A stretch of DNA of 64,000 nt from Kondoa subrosea. Taxonomy: Eukaryota. The position numbers and the translations under genes are program-made. A model generated the notes under the pieces. It saw nothing but the letters and a program-made list of their open reading frames with translations, had not been told where the DNA came from and did not search any database. This document shows, one piece after another, positions 12,137-23,991 of the stretch (its first letter is position 1; each line of letters opens with the position of its first letter). The stretch is from positions 1,687,118 through 1,751,117 of the forward strand of contig BCIN01000002.1 of NCBI GenBank assembly GCA_039545335.1. Direction: 5' to 3'.

Positions 12137-14998
12137 ATGAAAGAAGGCAAGTCGAAAGCACCAAATGGTCCTTCAAAGAAACAAAGCTTATCTTTATCTC
12201 GCAGGACTGGCGATCCGCTTGACAGAACCGGTCGTCTACCTGCGAGGAGGTAGGACTCAATGCATCTTGACAGTCGCCTTGCTGGTCTTATGCATGTTTC
12301 CCCCAGGCGCGGATAGCAGTCGTCGACTTAGACAGCGAAGGCAGCAAGAAAGACTGGCTCATCAAGAATTGGAACTCCAAGCAGCTAACAATGCCTTGAG
12401 CGAGAACTCTGAGCCTTCGTTGCTGGCTGGTATCAGACAGCCTTTCACTCGATCTGGTTTCGCTACACCTGTTAGTAACGGACGGTCTCAAGCGGCTTCT
12501 GGCACAGCTACACCTGTACTCAACGGTACTCTGTCGCCGAACCATCATGATGAAATAGCAGAGGATGTCAGTACATGCCGGATCAATTATGAGTCTTTCT
12601 GACATGCATGCCGACCAAAGGAACCTGGAGTCGCTCTTCTTCGAGGTCTTCTTACTTTGACTCTGAATAAGCCAACTCGCATACGAAAGATTACAGCTCG
12701 TTTGAGGGGAGAAACTCGTTCAGAATGGCCAGAAGGTATGCTATTCAAAGCTATATTTAGGTAGGTTAAACAACCAGCTAAACGATCTGTTATCAGGCAT
12801 TGGTCCAAGGCGTCTCGATGTCTCAGACTCTCGTATTCTGATTGACGAAACGCTTGTCTTCTTCGATGCTGCAAATATCGAACCAAAGGGAAGAAGAGCT
12901 ACTTCACTCGAACCAGGTGAGGATCGTCAAGATCAATCTCGCGGTCGATCTGCTCGAGCTTCATCTGTCTTTGCAACTCGTGATCAAAGCGTTGGGACGT
13001 CTTACCACAACAATCCAGATCGGAATCTAAGAGATCCGAGTCGTACTGGTAGATCATCAGCTTTGCGGAATACATCTACAAGCAGAGAAGATCGTACACC
13101 TCGTCCAACATCCCCTTCCTTATCTAGACCTTCTTCTTCCACCAACTTGCGACCTATATTGACCAATTCATCTAGCCAAGAACATGACATGTCTCGCCTT
13201 TCTCCTACTCGGGAAATAGTAGAAGAACCTGTCTCTTCTGATTCCTCAGATCAAAGTTGGATGGAACCACCGCGAGACGGGATGCGCAGTGCCCCGATGC
13301 CTAGTACGGCTAGATCCTCGATGGAACATATTCCTCGACAATCATCCATGAACAGTCAATATCCATTGCATGAATCGCCCGCTACTCAAAGAAGACCTTC
13401 AAGCATTATCTCCAACAACAGTCTCAATCGAAGTACTTCTAGAGTAGCGAGACAAGATGGTTCTCTTTCTCGCCAGCAATCGCCCTCAATTGATGTTTCA
13501 CCAAGATTGAGTCGGTCATCTACCAGAGAAGATCATCATTCTCGCTTCAGTCTACGATCCCTTTCTGCAGCATTAAGAAACTCAAGCCGATCTCGGACGC
13601 GCGGAGATGCGAGTTTAGTTGATATTGAAGAGAATGAGAAAGGCAAAGGCAAGGCCAGGAGCGCAAGTCGAGGACGACCAAAAGGCTTAAAGGCTTTGAA
13701 GGCTGCTTTGGTACATAACAATCAGGCGTCCGGAAGTGAAAGCGATGACGAGGACGAAGGTACAGAAAGGCAAGGACGTCAGCTTGGCTACAAGGAATTC
13801 AAAGCTGGGACCTATACTTGGGCAATCAGTATTCCTCTTTCTACACATTTGCCACCTTCTATTGATTGCGGCTTTGGCATGACTATGTATCGACTCAAAG
13901 CAACAGTGGTCAAGGCTGGAGCTCTCACAATGAATACTTCGACAGAATGCGTCATAGAGCTAATAGCAACACCTGGAGATGATGATGAACTTATTGAGAG
14001 TGTTGCTGTCGCTCGATTGTGGGAAACGCAGCTGCATTACGCAATATCACTAAATCAGAAGGTCAGTAAGCGATAATTCCATTGGAAGTTATGTCTCAAA
14101 GTATTCTTCTTCAAACAGAGTTTCCCTATCGGCGGAACAGTACCTATAAGTATAAGGCTGCGTCCGATGGCTAAACTCAAGGTGTACAAGATCTCTGTCT
14201 ATTTGGAAGAAACAATCAGCTATTATGCCCAAAATCGCAAACTTCAGCGACAGGAAGCACCTCGACGCTACATCCTCACCAAAATATCACACGTGGACGA
14301 AGACCAAGCGCTTCTACCCATCCTATCCGATTCTCCCGATGCCTTACAATCTTCACCCTTAAAAGAATGGATAGTGAATCCTGATTCGACCAGTGATGAC
14401 TCTGCTGCTTCGTGTCTCGATGTACTTGGTCCTTGGGAACTAGAAGCATCCATTCCTGTTCCAGGACAAGACTCTCGCTTGAAGTTCAGCTCAACAAATC
14501 AGTCAAGCAATATCGGCGTGTCTCATGTCTTGAAAGTCATTGTCCGCGTTGACAGAGGCGATGACGAGTTTCTGGATGCCAAGGGTGAGTCTGATTTGTG
14601 GCAGCTTGTCCTCTACTTATACTTTTCTTTTACCTGCGATAGGTAAGCGTCGAAAGTGGGACATCATTGTCGAATCTCCAGCCCACATTCTTCATGTGCA
14701 TGCTTTCTCTGAGATAGCATTCACAATAGCTGATGCTGTCACAGGCTCGTTGCAACCAAAGTCAGCTTCTTCCGGAGTACACCGCGAACGCCCCGCCAGT
14801 CAAGCTACCAGGTAAGCGGAAGAGCACTCAGGAAACTCAAGGACTGAAGTGTGATATTATCTAGGTACAACAACTATCTTACCTTACCTAGGCGCAGATT
14901 CAAGATCCGCCAACCGGCCTGGAGTATCCGGTTTTGATCCATCGATTGCAGCAGGACAAGAGCCAGGAGTAGCACCGCCAAGTTATAGCAGACAATGA
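12137..14998 (+). CDS. Alpha-arrestin (arrestin-related trafficking adaptor)
   Basis: LAIRLTEPVVYL; ALLRGLLTLTLNKPTRIRKITARLRG; EFKAGTYTWAISIPLSTHLPPSIDCGFG. C-terminal PY motifs LPEY and PPSY. Start assumes a GC-AG intron at 12147-12204; the alternative start is 12165. Confidence 0.85.
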
Positions 14999-15066
14999 AT
15001 GTAGACAAATGAGAGTTTATTGCATGCTTTGGTAACCGATTGCTCTTTGCTTTCTATGGATTGCTT

Positions 15067-15519
15067 CTAGTACTCGTCACGTCGTCCCCTTCTACCATAA
15101 GAATTCTCTCGCTCGTATTCATCTTGCTGGCCATATTGGGATCGACCATACTCATTTTCCCTCTGATCGCCATACGATGGCTGTTGTTGCACATCGTAAT
15201 TTTCCTGGTTGTAGCCACTTTCATTGCGACTGCCGTATTGGGCTGATTGATTGTAGCTGTTTTCGTTTCTTTGACCATAAGAATTGTCAGACGTTCTGTA
15301 CGAAGAGTCTTCAGATCGACCATACGAAGAATCGTCGGATCGACCATATGAAGAGTTGTCTTGATCTTGTCTTTGTCCATATTCAGATCGTCTAGGTCGC
15401 TCATAGGAATTGTCTTCATTGTTTCGACCATAAGATTGCTGCTCCTGACGGCCGTAAGCAGACTCAGTTTGACCATAAGTCGATTCGTTGCGAGACTCGT
15501 CAAATCGGTCTGCGTTCGA
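15067..15519 (-). repeat. Imperfect peptide repeats (SYGR/SYGQ units) in the last het-C exon
   Basis: Translation includes SSYGRSDDSSYGRSEDSSY, with the 24-nt unit TCTTC(A/G)TATGGTCGATC... Confidence 0.75.
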
Positions 15520-18500
15520 CTAAAAGAAATGTTTGAGCTGTAATTTCCGCAGATCTTCAGAACTGCCTTACCCGCTGATAGCGAGAATTGCGTTCCTGTT
15601 CATGCCGTCTGCCTCCGCCTTGATGCTCTCGACGACCATATTGATCTGAATCGTCACCATAGCCTTGAGTTTGAGAGAAATCAGATACTTGTTCTCGGAT
15701 TGCGGAGTTCGAATACGAGTCCACGACTCGACCTCCAGACTCGGAGTCGAATTCATTCGTGATCCTAGAAGCAGTGCCGTATGCTTGTGAGGCCAACACG
15801 CTTTGTCCAGGTTCATAACCGGCATTTCCTCCGTACTTGTGCGAGTTAAGTTGTGGCTTTTGACGAGCTGAGCCAAAGTCTTGTCGATTTTCGTTGGAAG
15901 AGCTGTATGCTGGATTATAGCCTGCCAGAAGATGCTTCAATCAGTCAATGCAAAGATGACATGCCAATACTATATTCACCTTGACTATGCTGTCTTCTGC
16001 TGAAATTGCCATCTTGCGTTGACGCAGAATCACCAAAGCGATCAGCGTTGTTTTCATAGCTTTCACTGTTCTTGACTGGAGCATCGTTCTATCGAAGTGT
16101 TATGATTGACGAGAATGCGTTGAATTGCTTCGACTAACCTGAGATCGCCCTTCATTCAGGGACAAAGAGCCGAGCACGCCAGAGATGATATTTGCACCGG
16201 GGGCGTTTTCGAACGCTCCGCCTTTTCCAACAAGCCCTTGTATTCCTTGATTGGCAGAGCCATATTTGTTGTATTGCTGATGTGCACTCGGGATGAGACT
16301 ACCGCCAGAGAGGTTGTCAGTAGTCTGTGAGAGAGCCTCAGCCTCATATCCGCGCCAAATAGATTATACTAACGTTGCGATGTTCCTTAACAGAATTCTT
16401 TTCGAGGCGACGAAGCACCTCGTCCTTCTCCTGACCATGGCTGTCGATCCAAGAGCGAACGAATTCAAGCATATCGTTCTGGATTTGACTTCTGCCATTA
16501 GCAAACGCAGGATGATGTAAAACTTCCAAAGCTTGATTGGCGAGTTGAGTTGCATCCGTGTTGTCATTGTCAACACCTTCAACATAGACGGAAGCAACAT
16601 GTTTGATGATCACTTGAGCTAACAATCCTGCGGGAGCGTTCAGTAGATTGCCGACTGTCGAAAACATGTTAGAATATGACTTTTTCACCGTCCTTTGAGA
16701 GATTTACAATGGTCCTTTGCCAAATAGCTACGGCAGTGAAGGAGCGTAAACATGAGCGAACAGAAGTTGCTACTGAGGAGGCTTTTAACTTACCTGTGAG
16801 TAGGGTCGCTTGCATTGTCATCGTCGAAAACTTCCGTCTGAGAATGGTTATCGATCACCGCAGCGCTACCATTGTAGACAACATCCTTGAATTGCTTCAA
16901 GATTGGAAGTAGGATGGGCTCTATGGTGGAGAAGATGAGTACAGACAAAGTGTTGACAGTCTCTTCGAGAAATTGGTCGAGCTATATCTTTGATTAGTAT
17001 GAACGCAGGACCAAAAGGAACTTACGAAAGGAATCTTGTCAATGATATCAGAGATAGTTCGTCTGATGTTGTCGTGTATCTCAAAGACCTAAAAAGTACG
17101 AGTCAGACTTGTATTGCAGCTAAAGGACAACAACAGACCTCTCTAACGGTTCTGCCCAATTCATCAGGGTCAATATTGACACCTTGCTGACTCGCGTATT
17201 TTCGAATCTCTTCCAAGCGGCTACAGCAGAGGATCAGACATGAAGAAACAGGAAATGAAAAGTCTTTCAACATACTCGACATCAGAATTCGCCTTCGGAT
17301 TGTTGGCAGAGTCATCCTTGGCTGGTTCAGCATTGCCATTATCCCTGGTAGTTCGTTAGTTCGTTGTTAGCGTTTGATAGCAGGCTTGAAATATGAAAGA
17401 CTCGCCTGGAGTTGAGCAATTTGCTAAGCAATACTCTCAGGAGATTCGTGTCAGCATTTTGACTCTGTGCCATCTTGGTGCTGATTTCTTCCACACCGAC
17501 CCTATACGCGTCATCAATATCCGATCAAACGTAAAATATGGCAACTTACGAAGCGAGTTTATCTCCTACTTCACCGCACATAGAGTGAAGGAAATCGGAC
17601 CCTCCAAAGGTGCCCGTTACACAGCAAGGGACACTTGAACCATCAGGTGCTCGAATTCGGACATTGTCTCCAACGTGACAAAACACATCTCGATAACCCA
17701 ATTTTTGCAAGCAAAGCTCCATGAAGTTCGACTTTTCTCTAGAGTCAAAGACTGATGTATAATCGTGGATATAGAGACGCACATGGGCAGGCCAGTCTTC
17801 CAATGTATGTAAAGCAGTTCCAAGATGTCTCAAAGATTCCCATCCAGCTTTCTCGTCACCATTTCGACCTCGTCGACCCAATTCAATAGCTTGAACCAAA
17901 TTCTTGCGAACAAATTCAGAAGACGTGTCCCAGCCACGGCCCTCAGTAGCAATGTAATTCTTCAGACCGGTATTCAAGTTGATTTGAAGTTCTCTTTCGT
18001 CCAAAGCACCACGGAGTTTAGGATAGTTGGCAACATCCCGAGGCGCACCTAATATAAGGTAAGCACCTCATAGATCATCTGTATTTGCGCAATAAAATAC
18101 CTTCTGGGGAATCAGCATAGCCTTTCTGCATAGAAGTCACACTGAGCAAGTAGATCGTAGCACAAAACAGCGATACTTACAGGGTTATCTATGTGTTCTT
18201 CAGCTCTAGGTAGGAAAGGCATATCAGAGAGACAGTCGAGCACAAAAGAAGCTGCTGACCTGTAGCAACCCAGACGATCTTCGTTGACCTATTGGAAGAG
18301 TCAAACAGACGTCAACCAGTCGTAGAGAAGATAATGACCTCAAATTCTCTTGTGGCATAGCCGAAAGAAGTAAAACCAAGCACAGCAACGATCATGGTCA
18401 ATTGTTGAGCAGACATAATCTTTAGACCAGCTGTTTTCTCCCCTCAGTACGGCTCATCGCGAGCTGCGACCATGCCTACCGACATCAACAGCTTGACTCA

Positions 18501-19154
18501 TACTATTCGGAGCTCAGCACAGGCCCTCACGAAAAGATACTCAGCTCACTCTCTGCACCAGTTGCCAAAGTAGATCTTTGCGACTTCATCTTTGCCTTCA
18601 ATCGCTGTGAGATGAGACGATCGCAAAGTCTACTTGAGAGCTTACTGAACTTTGTACCCTTCTCTCCGGTGGCTGCATGTTTCTAGGGAACAGCTGTTAG
18701 CGACCAAACCTCGCTTCCTGCGATCTGAGACGGACAAGAAAACCCATGAGACCCTATACACAGATCAGCAGCTTTCAGTAGTATACCTTGCATCGACTCA
18801 CAGCTCCGCCAAGCATAGTTTTAGCTGTGCAATGTATACGTTAGATTATGCGCGTCAGACAGCGAGCAATAACTAATAATGTCAATAACACATCCTCCAG
18901 ATCTCCACTACGACACATAAACACATGAATACGAGCAAGATCTGACTTCGAGGGGGTCTTGCGTACTGTCTGAAACTCCGTCCATTGGCATTCGAGAACT
19001 CTGCGATGTTTCCTCTGTCAAGCAAGCATTGAATGGGACATTACTTTGCTGCGTTGTGTAAGGCTTACGACCCAAAAGCATGGACACTGCCAGCAAAGCA
19101 GAAGAAGATCAAAGCGACCGTGAATACTGAAAATGTAGCTGTAGAATGCGTCAT
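15067..19154 (-). CDS. het-C: Het-C domain protein (heterokaryon incompatibility family) with signal peptide and Ser/Tyr/Gly-rich tail
   Basis: Spliced motifs AFGSGNI...FRHGDLEDVL, IYFGNWCRDMSQAVDV, YRAEEHIDNPKGY, TGLKNYIA, LGTALHTLEDWPAHSNFMEL, DPTHSYLAKDHF. Confidence 0.92.
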
Positions 19155-19571
19155 GCTTGTCCGTGATACGATGCGATGTAATATGGAGCTGTTCCGACCT
19201 AAGCAGCGGTTGTTATGTTGTATCGGTCGTCCTCCTTTGAAATTCTATCTCTTGGCAGCGAACAGCGAGCAACTAACGCACAATGATCTTATGCTCGTCA
19301 TTCCGGCTTCGACGCGAGGAGACGCAGATCTTCTCTGTGCAGTCCGCAACTTCCTGAACGCTCGTGCACTTGAAGAGTACTCGAAGAGACCGATTTACAT
19401 TGAATTCCGCGAACTTCTGTTTCTGACAACGCGAGATGAGAGCTTCTTGTTCAGCTGCTTGTTGTGAAGAATGCTTGCTCTTGTTTCCCTACCTCTCTCT
19501 TTCTCTCTGCCAGCATTTTATTCTATATCACATTCTTTTGTTTTGTATCATCCTCAATTTCATCCCCAATA

Positions 19572-21536
19572 ATGGATTCGCTGGATATACCCGCCCAGAT
19601 AGCTCGTCTTCAAGCGACATTGCGGCCGACAAGCTCTACATCGGTCAAAGTACAGTTGTGGTTCATCTTCTCTCTTTTCGTCATTGCAGCCTCTCTCCAT
19701 TTCTTCTGCTTGGCGCATAAGCTCCTTCATGCCGAAAGAAACGATTTGTGGCTATTTAGAAGGTTAGTCATCATTCTGCTTCGCTAGAGATATCGATTAA
19801 TGTGGTGGTACAGAAATCAATGTATGCTGTCTTCATATCTCCTTACGCACTTTTGTTCAAAATCGATAACAGCACCTAGAGGCGGCGCTTATATCACTAT
19901 GAACTCGCTGCTGCTATGGCTTCCAGGTTAGCAAGTCTCAGCGTCGAAGTCTTGTCTCTGATTTATCTCAAAGTCGCGCTTATCTTCACTCTGACGTCTG
20001 TATTCTCCACTTTCTGGTTCTGTACCCGATACGACGGCGTAAGCGCTGGCAAGACGCAATACTCAATGATTGCTCTGTCCATTCTACCGCAACTCCCGGT
20101 CATTATAGGTAAGGCTTATGTCTAGTTGAGTTCAAGGGCTTTATGTTGAGACTAAATTAGGCGCATCGGCCGTTTCAATGTCAATCTTGTAAGAACAGAG
20201 CAAGATCAGGTCAAAACCATGTTCTTACTCGTCATTGTAGATACTCTGGCCTGGAATCGTCAAGCTCGCTGCAGGACCAGCCTAGGCGAAAGCTGAGCCT
20301 GCCTTTACCTCCGACATGGCTTTGGAATGCTCTGTATGCGGTACCGATCCTATTCCTGTGCGCTTATTGCAAATCAAAATTGCTGTCAAGCTCACTCTTT
20401 TGGTAGCATTGCTATTCTGGTCACCGGTGTCATCGCAAACGTATATTGGAATCGAGGCATCAGTCATGGCGAAGTGGTTAGCACTTCTTCTGCTTCTTAG
20501 GTATTCGCAACCTGATGAATTTTTTTAAAGCTCTGGGCAGCGGCACAAGACCTGAATATCTCAAGTATCGATATCAAGACCATTCAACTCATGACCACGG
20601 AAGGCGCAGCATTTCAGATGAATGCAGACAAAGCGAATAAGTTGGGAACAACCGCTGTAAGCAGTTTCGCTTTCAATCTAGTAATCTGCTGAAACTCTCT
20701 TCTCTGCACTTCTTGTAGGGTTATATTTGGGATGCTTGGGTGTTTTGCTTTTTTCTCTGCTTCATTCCGTCGGGAATCTCAGTGAGTTGCAATACTTTCT
20801 CTGCCGGATGAAGACTTATAGTGCGAAAGGTTGTCCTCACGCTCCGTAAAGCAATAACGGTCTCTAAATCGCTCAATTCTCGTCAGCAACTTCCGGTGAT
20901 AGCTGTACCAGGTCTTGCTACAGCATCATATCATCGCAGACAGCCACTTCTCGGTGAGCAGAAGCTACAAGAAGCGCAAAAGAAACATCTGCTGTTAATC
21001 GCTTACATCGCCCTTGTCGCTCTGTGGTGTATCGGAGAATGTATCGTTGCATTCGTGCGGATACGTAACACGGTGACCAATCACGAGCCGGAATTCGCAA
21101 CAGATGACTTCTTTGCTGTACGTTCCAATCTGATCTCATTCGGGAAAGTTGTGCTAAAAATTACTTGTTAGCTACACATATTGGCACCTAACTTTCTCAC
21201 TGCGATATTTTCAACTCTACTGGGCGTAGTCTTGGTACTGCGAACGCTTAGGGGAAGCTTTGGTCGACCTCAAGGAACAGCACTCTCTTCGAGAAGCAGC
21301 GGTCCAATTCTGTCTCACGTACCGATGTCTTACGTCGAGACCATACGGTCAAAAGGTCTGCCTTCGAGCGACGAGACCCAGAGTATCAGCTAAATTGTCT
21401 CACAGGGAAAGATGAGGAGAAGGAGGAAAGAAGAACATCAACATGGGCTGGAGAAGTGAAGATCTCTCAAATGACCGAAATCGAGTCCTGTCATGACTTG
21501 ACTCTACCAGCTCAAGCTTTCAAGGTGGAGAATTAG
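19572..21536 (+). CDS. Hypothetical multi-pass membrane protein (multi-exon)
   Basis: Several hydrophobic exons (VQLWFIFSLFVIAASLHFFCL; ALIFTLTSVFSTFWF; LLLIAYIALVALWCIGECIVAFV; LAPNFLTAIFSTLLGVVLVL). Some junctions are ambiguous. Confidence 0.6.
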
Positions 21537-21747
21537 CCCCTAGGTGTATATCTTTAGTAGAGGTGTTTCTTTGTTGTGTGCTTGAATGGTGTTGCACTCT
21601 GTCATTCGCTCGAGCTGTGTATGTGATCTTCGCCTCGTGTGTACATATACATTAGTCTATCTTTAGTCAATCATCGAAATAGGCTCAACAATGCATTCAA
21701 ATGCATTCGTAATGTTTTGACATTATGGTTTGTCCGAAACGATCAAG

Positions 21748-23936
21748 ATGGATCCATGGGCTAGCAATGCCTGGAGCGACGAAGCAGATGCATCTCCTGC
21801 TTTGCCTACGTTGCAGCGATCAGACAGTCTGCCCTCTTGGAATAACACATCAAATGCGAGAACAGAAGATAGCTCCAATGCATGGGCAGGAAGTTCGCCT
21901 GCTCTGGACTACAGTATACCTCGATCAGACTACATAGAGCAAGATGAGCAGATCGCAACGCCTGATTTGTATACACAAAATGACCTCTCGCATTACGAAA
22001 TGCCGGAAACAAATGAAATGCCACAACCTGCGAATCTCTTACCCTCTGAGGGTCTAGATATACAAGACGAGTCGTTGCATCAAGCTGTGATAGTCACACC
22101 GCAACGAGAGCCTGAAGAATGGATGGAAATGAAGCTGCCCAACTTCGCAGCGCAAGAAAGTTCCATAGATGAGCCTTGGGCGCAAGACAAAGTAGAGCAG
22201 AGGGATATGACTGATGAGATACAAGACTCGAGCGAGGAAGAGCAGGAAACATCCGCCGAGGATCCCTGGGGCATGTCAGAATCTCGAAGTTTCGATGGCA
22301 GACTTTACAGCAACGGAATGGTGAGCCTAGTCGCATACTGAGGCAATTACTATCTGATATTCCGTGCAGAATCCTGCGCTTTTGCAGCAAATAGTAGCGG
22401 AAGCTAAGAAGCTCACCCAAGCCGCCTTCCAAGTCAATGTGGACGAAGTTTTTCTACCTCCTTCCGGCATGGGAATGAATTTAGAATCTTTATATACGGC
22501 AGAGGGTGAATTGTGAGTCGGCTGTGTCACCTGTGAATTAATCTGAAGTCCTGGTCTGCAGAGCACATTTCGAGCCAATCATGACCAAGGCAATACAGAC
22601 AGATGCAAACACCCGCTTCTCCTTCAAAGGATCGAATATAGAAAGACTGGCTAGAGAAGGAATAGAGAAAACTGCAGTCCAGACAACAGAAATCCTCAAA
22701 GGCGGATCTAAGCGTGTTGGCATTCGAACAGGCTTTAATTTCGCTTCCGCCTCGCCTGAACCGTTGCAACCAAAGGCTGCTGCTGCTCTACCGATCTCGG
22801 ATCTCTGGACCACCTCAACAGCAACGTCTGCTTCTGCTGCTCCTAAGCCTGCCGAACTTGACTTCTTTGCTTCTCCAAGATCTTCTATTTCAGCTCGCTC
22901 TACTGCTCCGATACCTTCTCCTGCATCTGCATCTTTCTTTGGTGGCTTCTTTAGCAAGAAAAGCACTACCCCAGAACCTTCAACAACATTGCAACCTCGT
23001 CAAAGCATATCAGATCTCTCATTGATCGAATCAAGTCCCGTGATACCCAACTCTGCATTCTCCGATAATCCTCTCAAACCATCTTCCAGACCACCTACAC
23101 CTTTATCTGCTGTATCAAGATCCTCTCTCGACATAGCAAAACCGCCTAGTCGACCTTCTTCGACCGCACCAACGATACCCAAACAGAGTTCGGGTGTCTC
23201 TCGTTTCTTTGGTCGATTCAATCGCACAACATCGCAAGATTTTGGCTCGTCGAGAAAGTCGTTTGATGAACAAGATGATTGGCTTGGCGCGAAAGAAGCA
23301 GCATTTCTAGATTCAGGAGGCGTAGGACTGGACCACAACTCTGGAGTAGATGAGGAAGCTAGCGGGTACGCAATGGGCGGGCTGTTGGACACTCCATCGT
23401 CGCCAGAAAAGAAATCAGCCATGCAAAAATCTGCTCCAAATGCATCAGATGGTGTTTTGGATCTTTTCGCAGCCTTCGACAGCGCTCCTGTAGCAAAAAA
23501 GGTTTCTAAAACAGCTATATACGACCCATTTGACCCGCTTGGGGATTCACCACCTCAGATGCAGTCTTCCTTCATCCAGCCTACAAGTACCAGATCTTTC
23601 ACCCCTCCTGCTCAGCTAAATCCTCCTCCAAGGCCAGCTTCCTCAAACGCCTTTTCTCTCCCTGTTCTGGCTCCTCCGCCTAAACCTGAGGCATTCTCTG
23701 CTTTCAATCTACCTCCTCCGCCGCGTACCACAATACCTGTGCTGGCTCCACCTTCTTCCTCTACCTCTGCTCAAGCTCCTGCGTCATCAAAACCTGCAGT
23801 CGATCTGTTTGCAGATGATGACTTTGGAGATTTCGAGTATGCTGCTCCCACAAATCCGCAACCGTCTCATGTTGATTCGCAAGTACATACGAATGGGTTC
23901 AGCAAGAGTGATCTGGCATTCTTTGATAATTTGTAA
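21748..23936 (+). CDS. Disordered S/P-rich protein with clathrin-adaptor-binding motifs
   Basis: Three exons. DPW twice, DPF, DDDFGDF, LDFF/LDLF/VDLF, C-terminal DLAFFDNL. Confidence 0.7.
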
Positions 23937-23991
23937 TGACCCATTGTTGATTTGGGCGACCATGATTGATACCAGCTTTGAATGATACACA

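Noticed and set aside
15054..15503. 149-aa Met/Thr-rich ORF in the track
   Set aside because: It is an alternative frame of the het-C last exon. The spliced frame ends at 15067.
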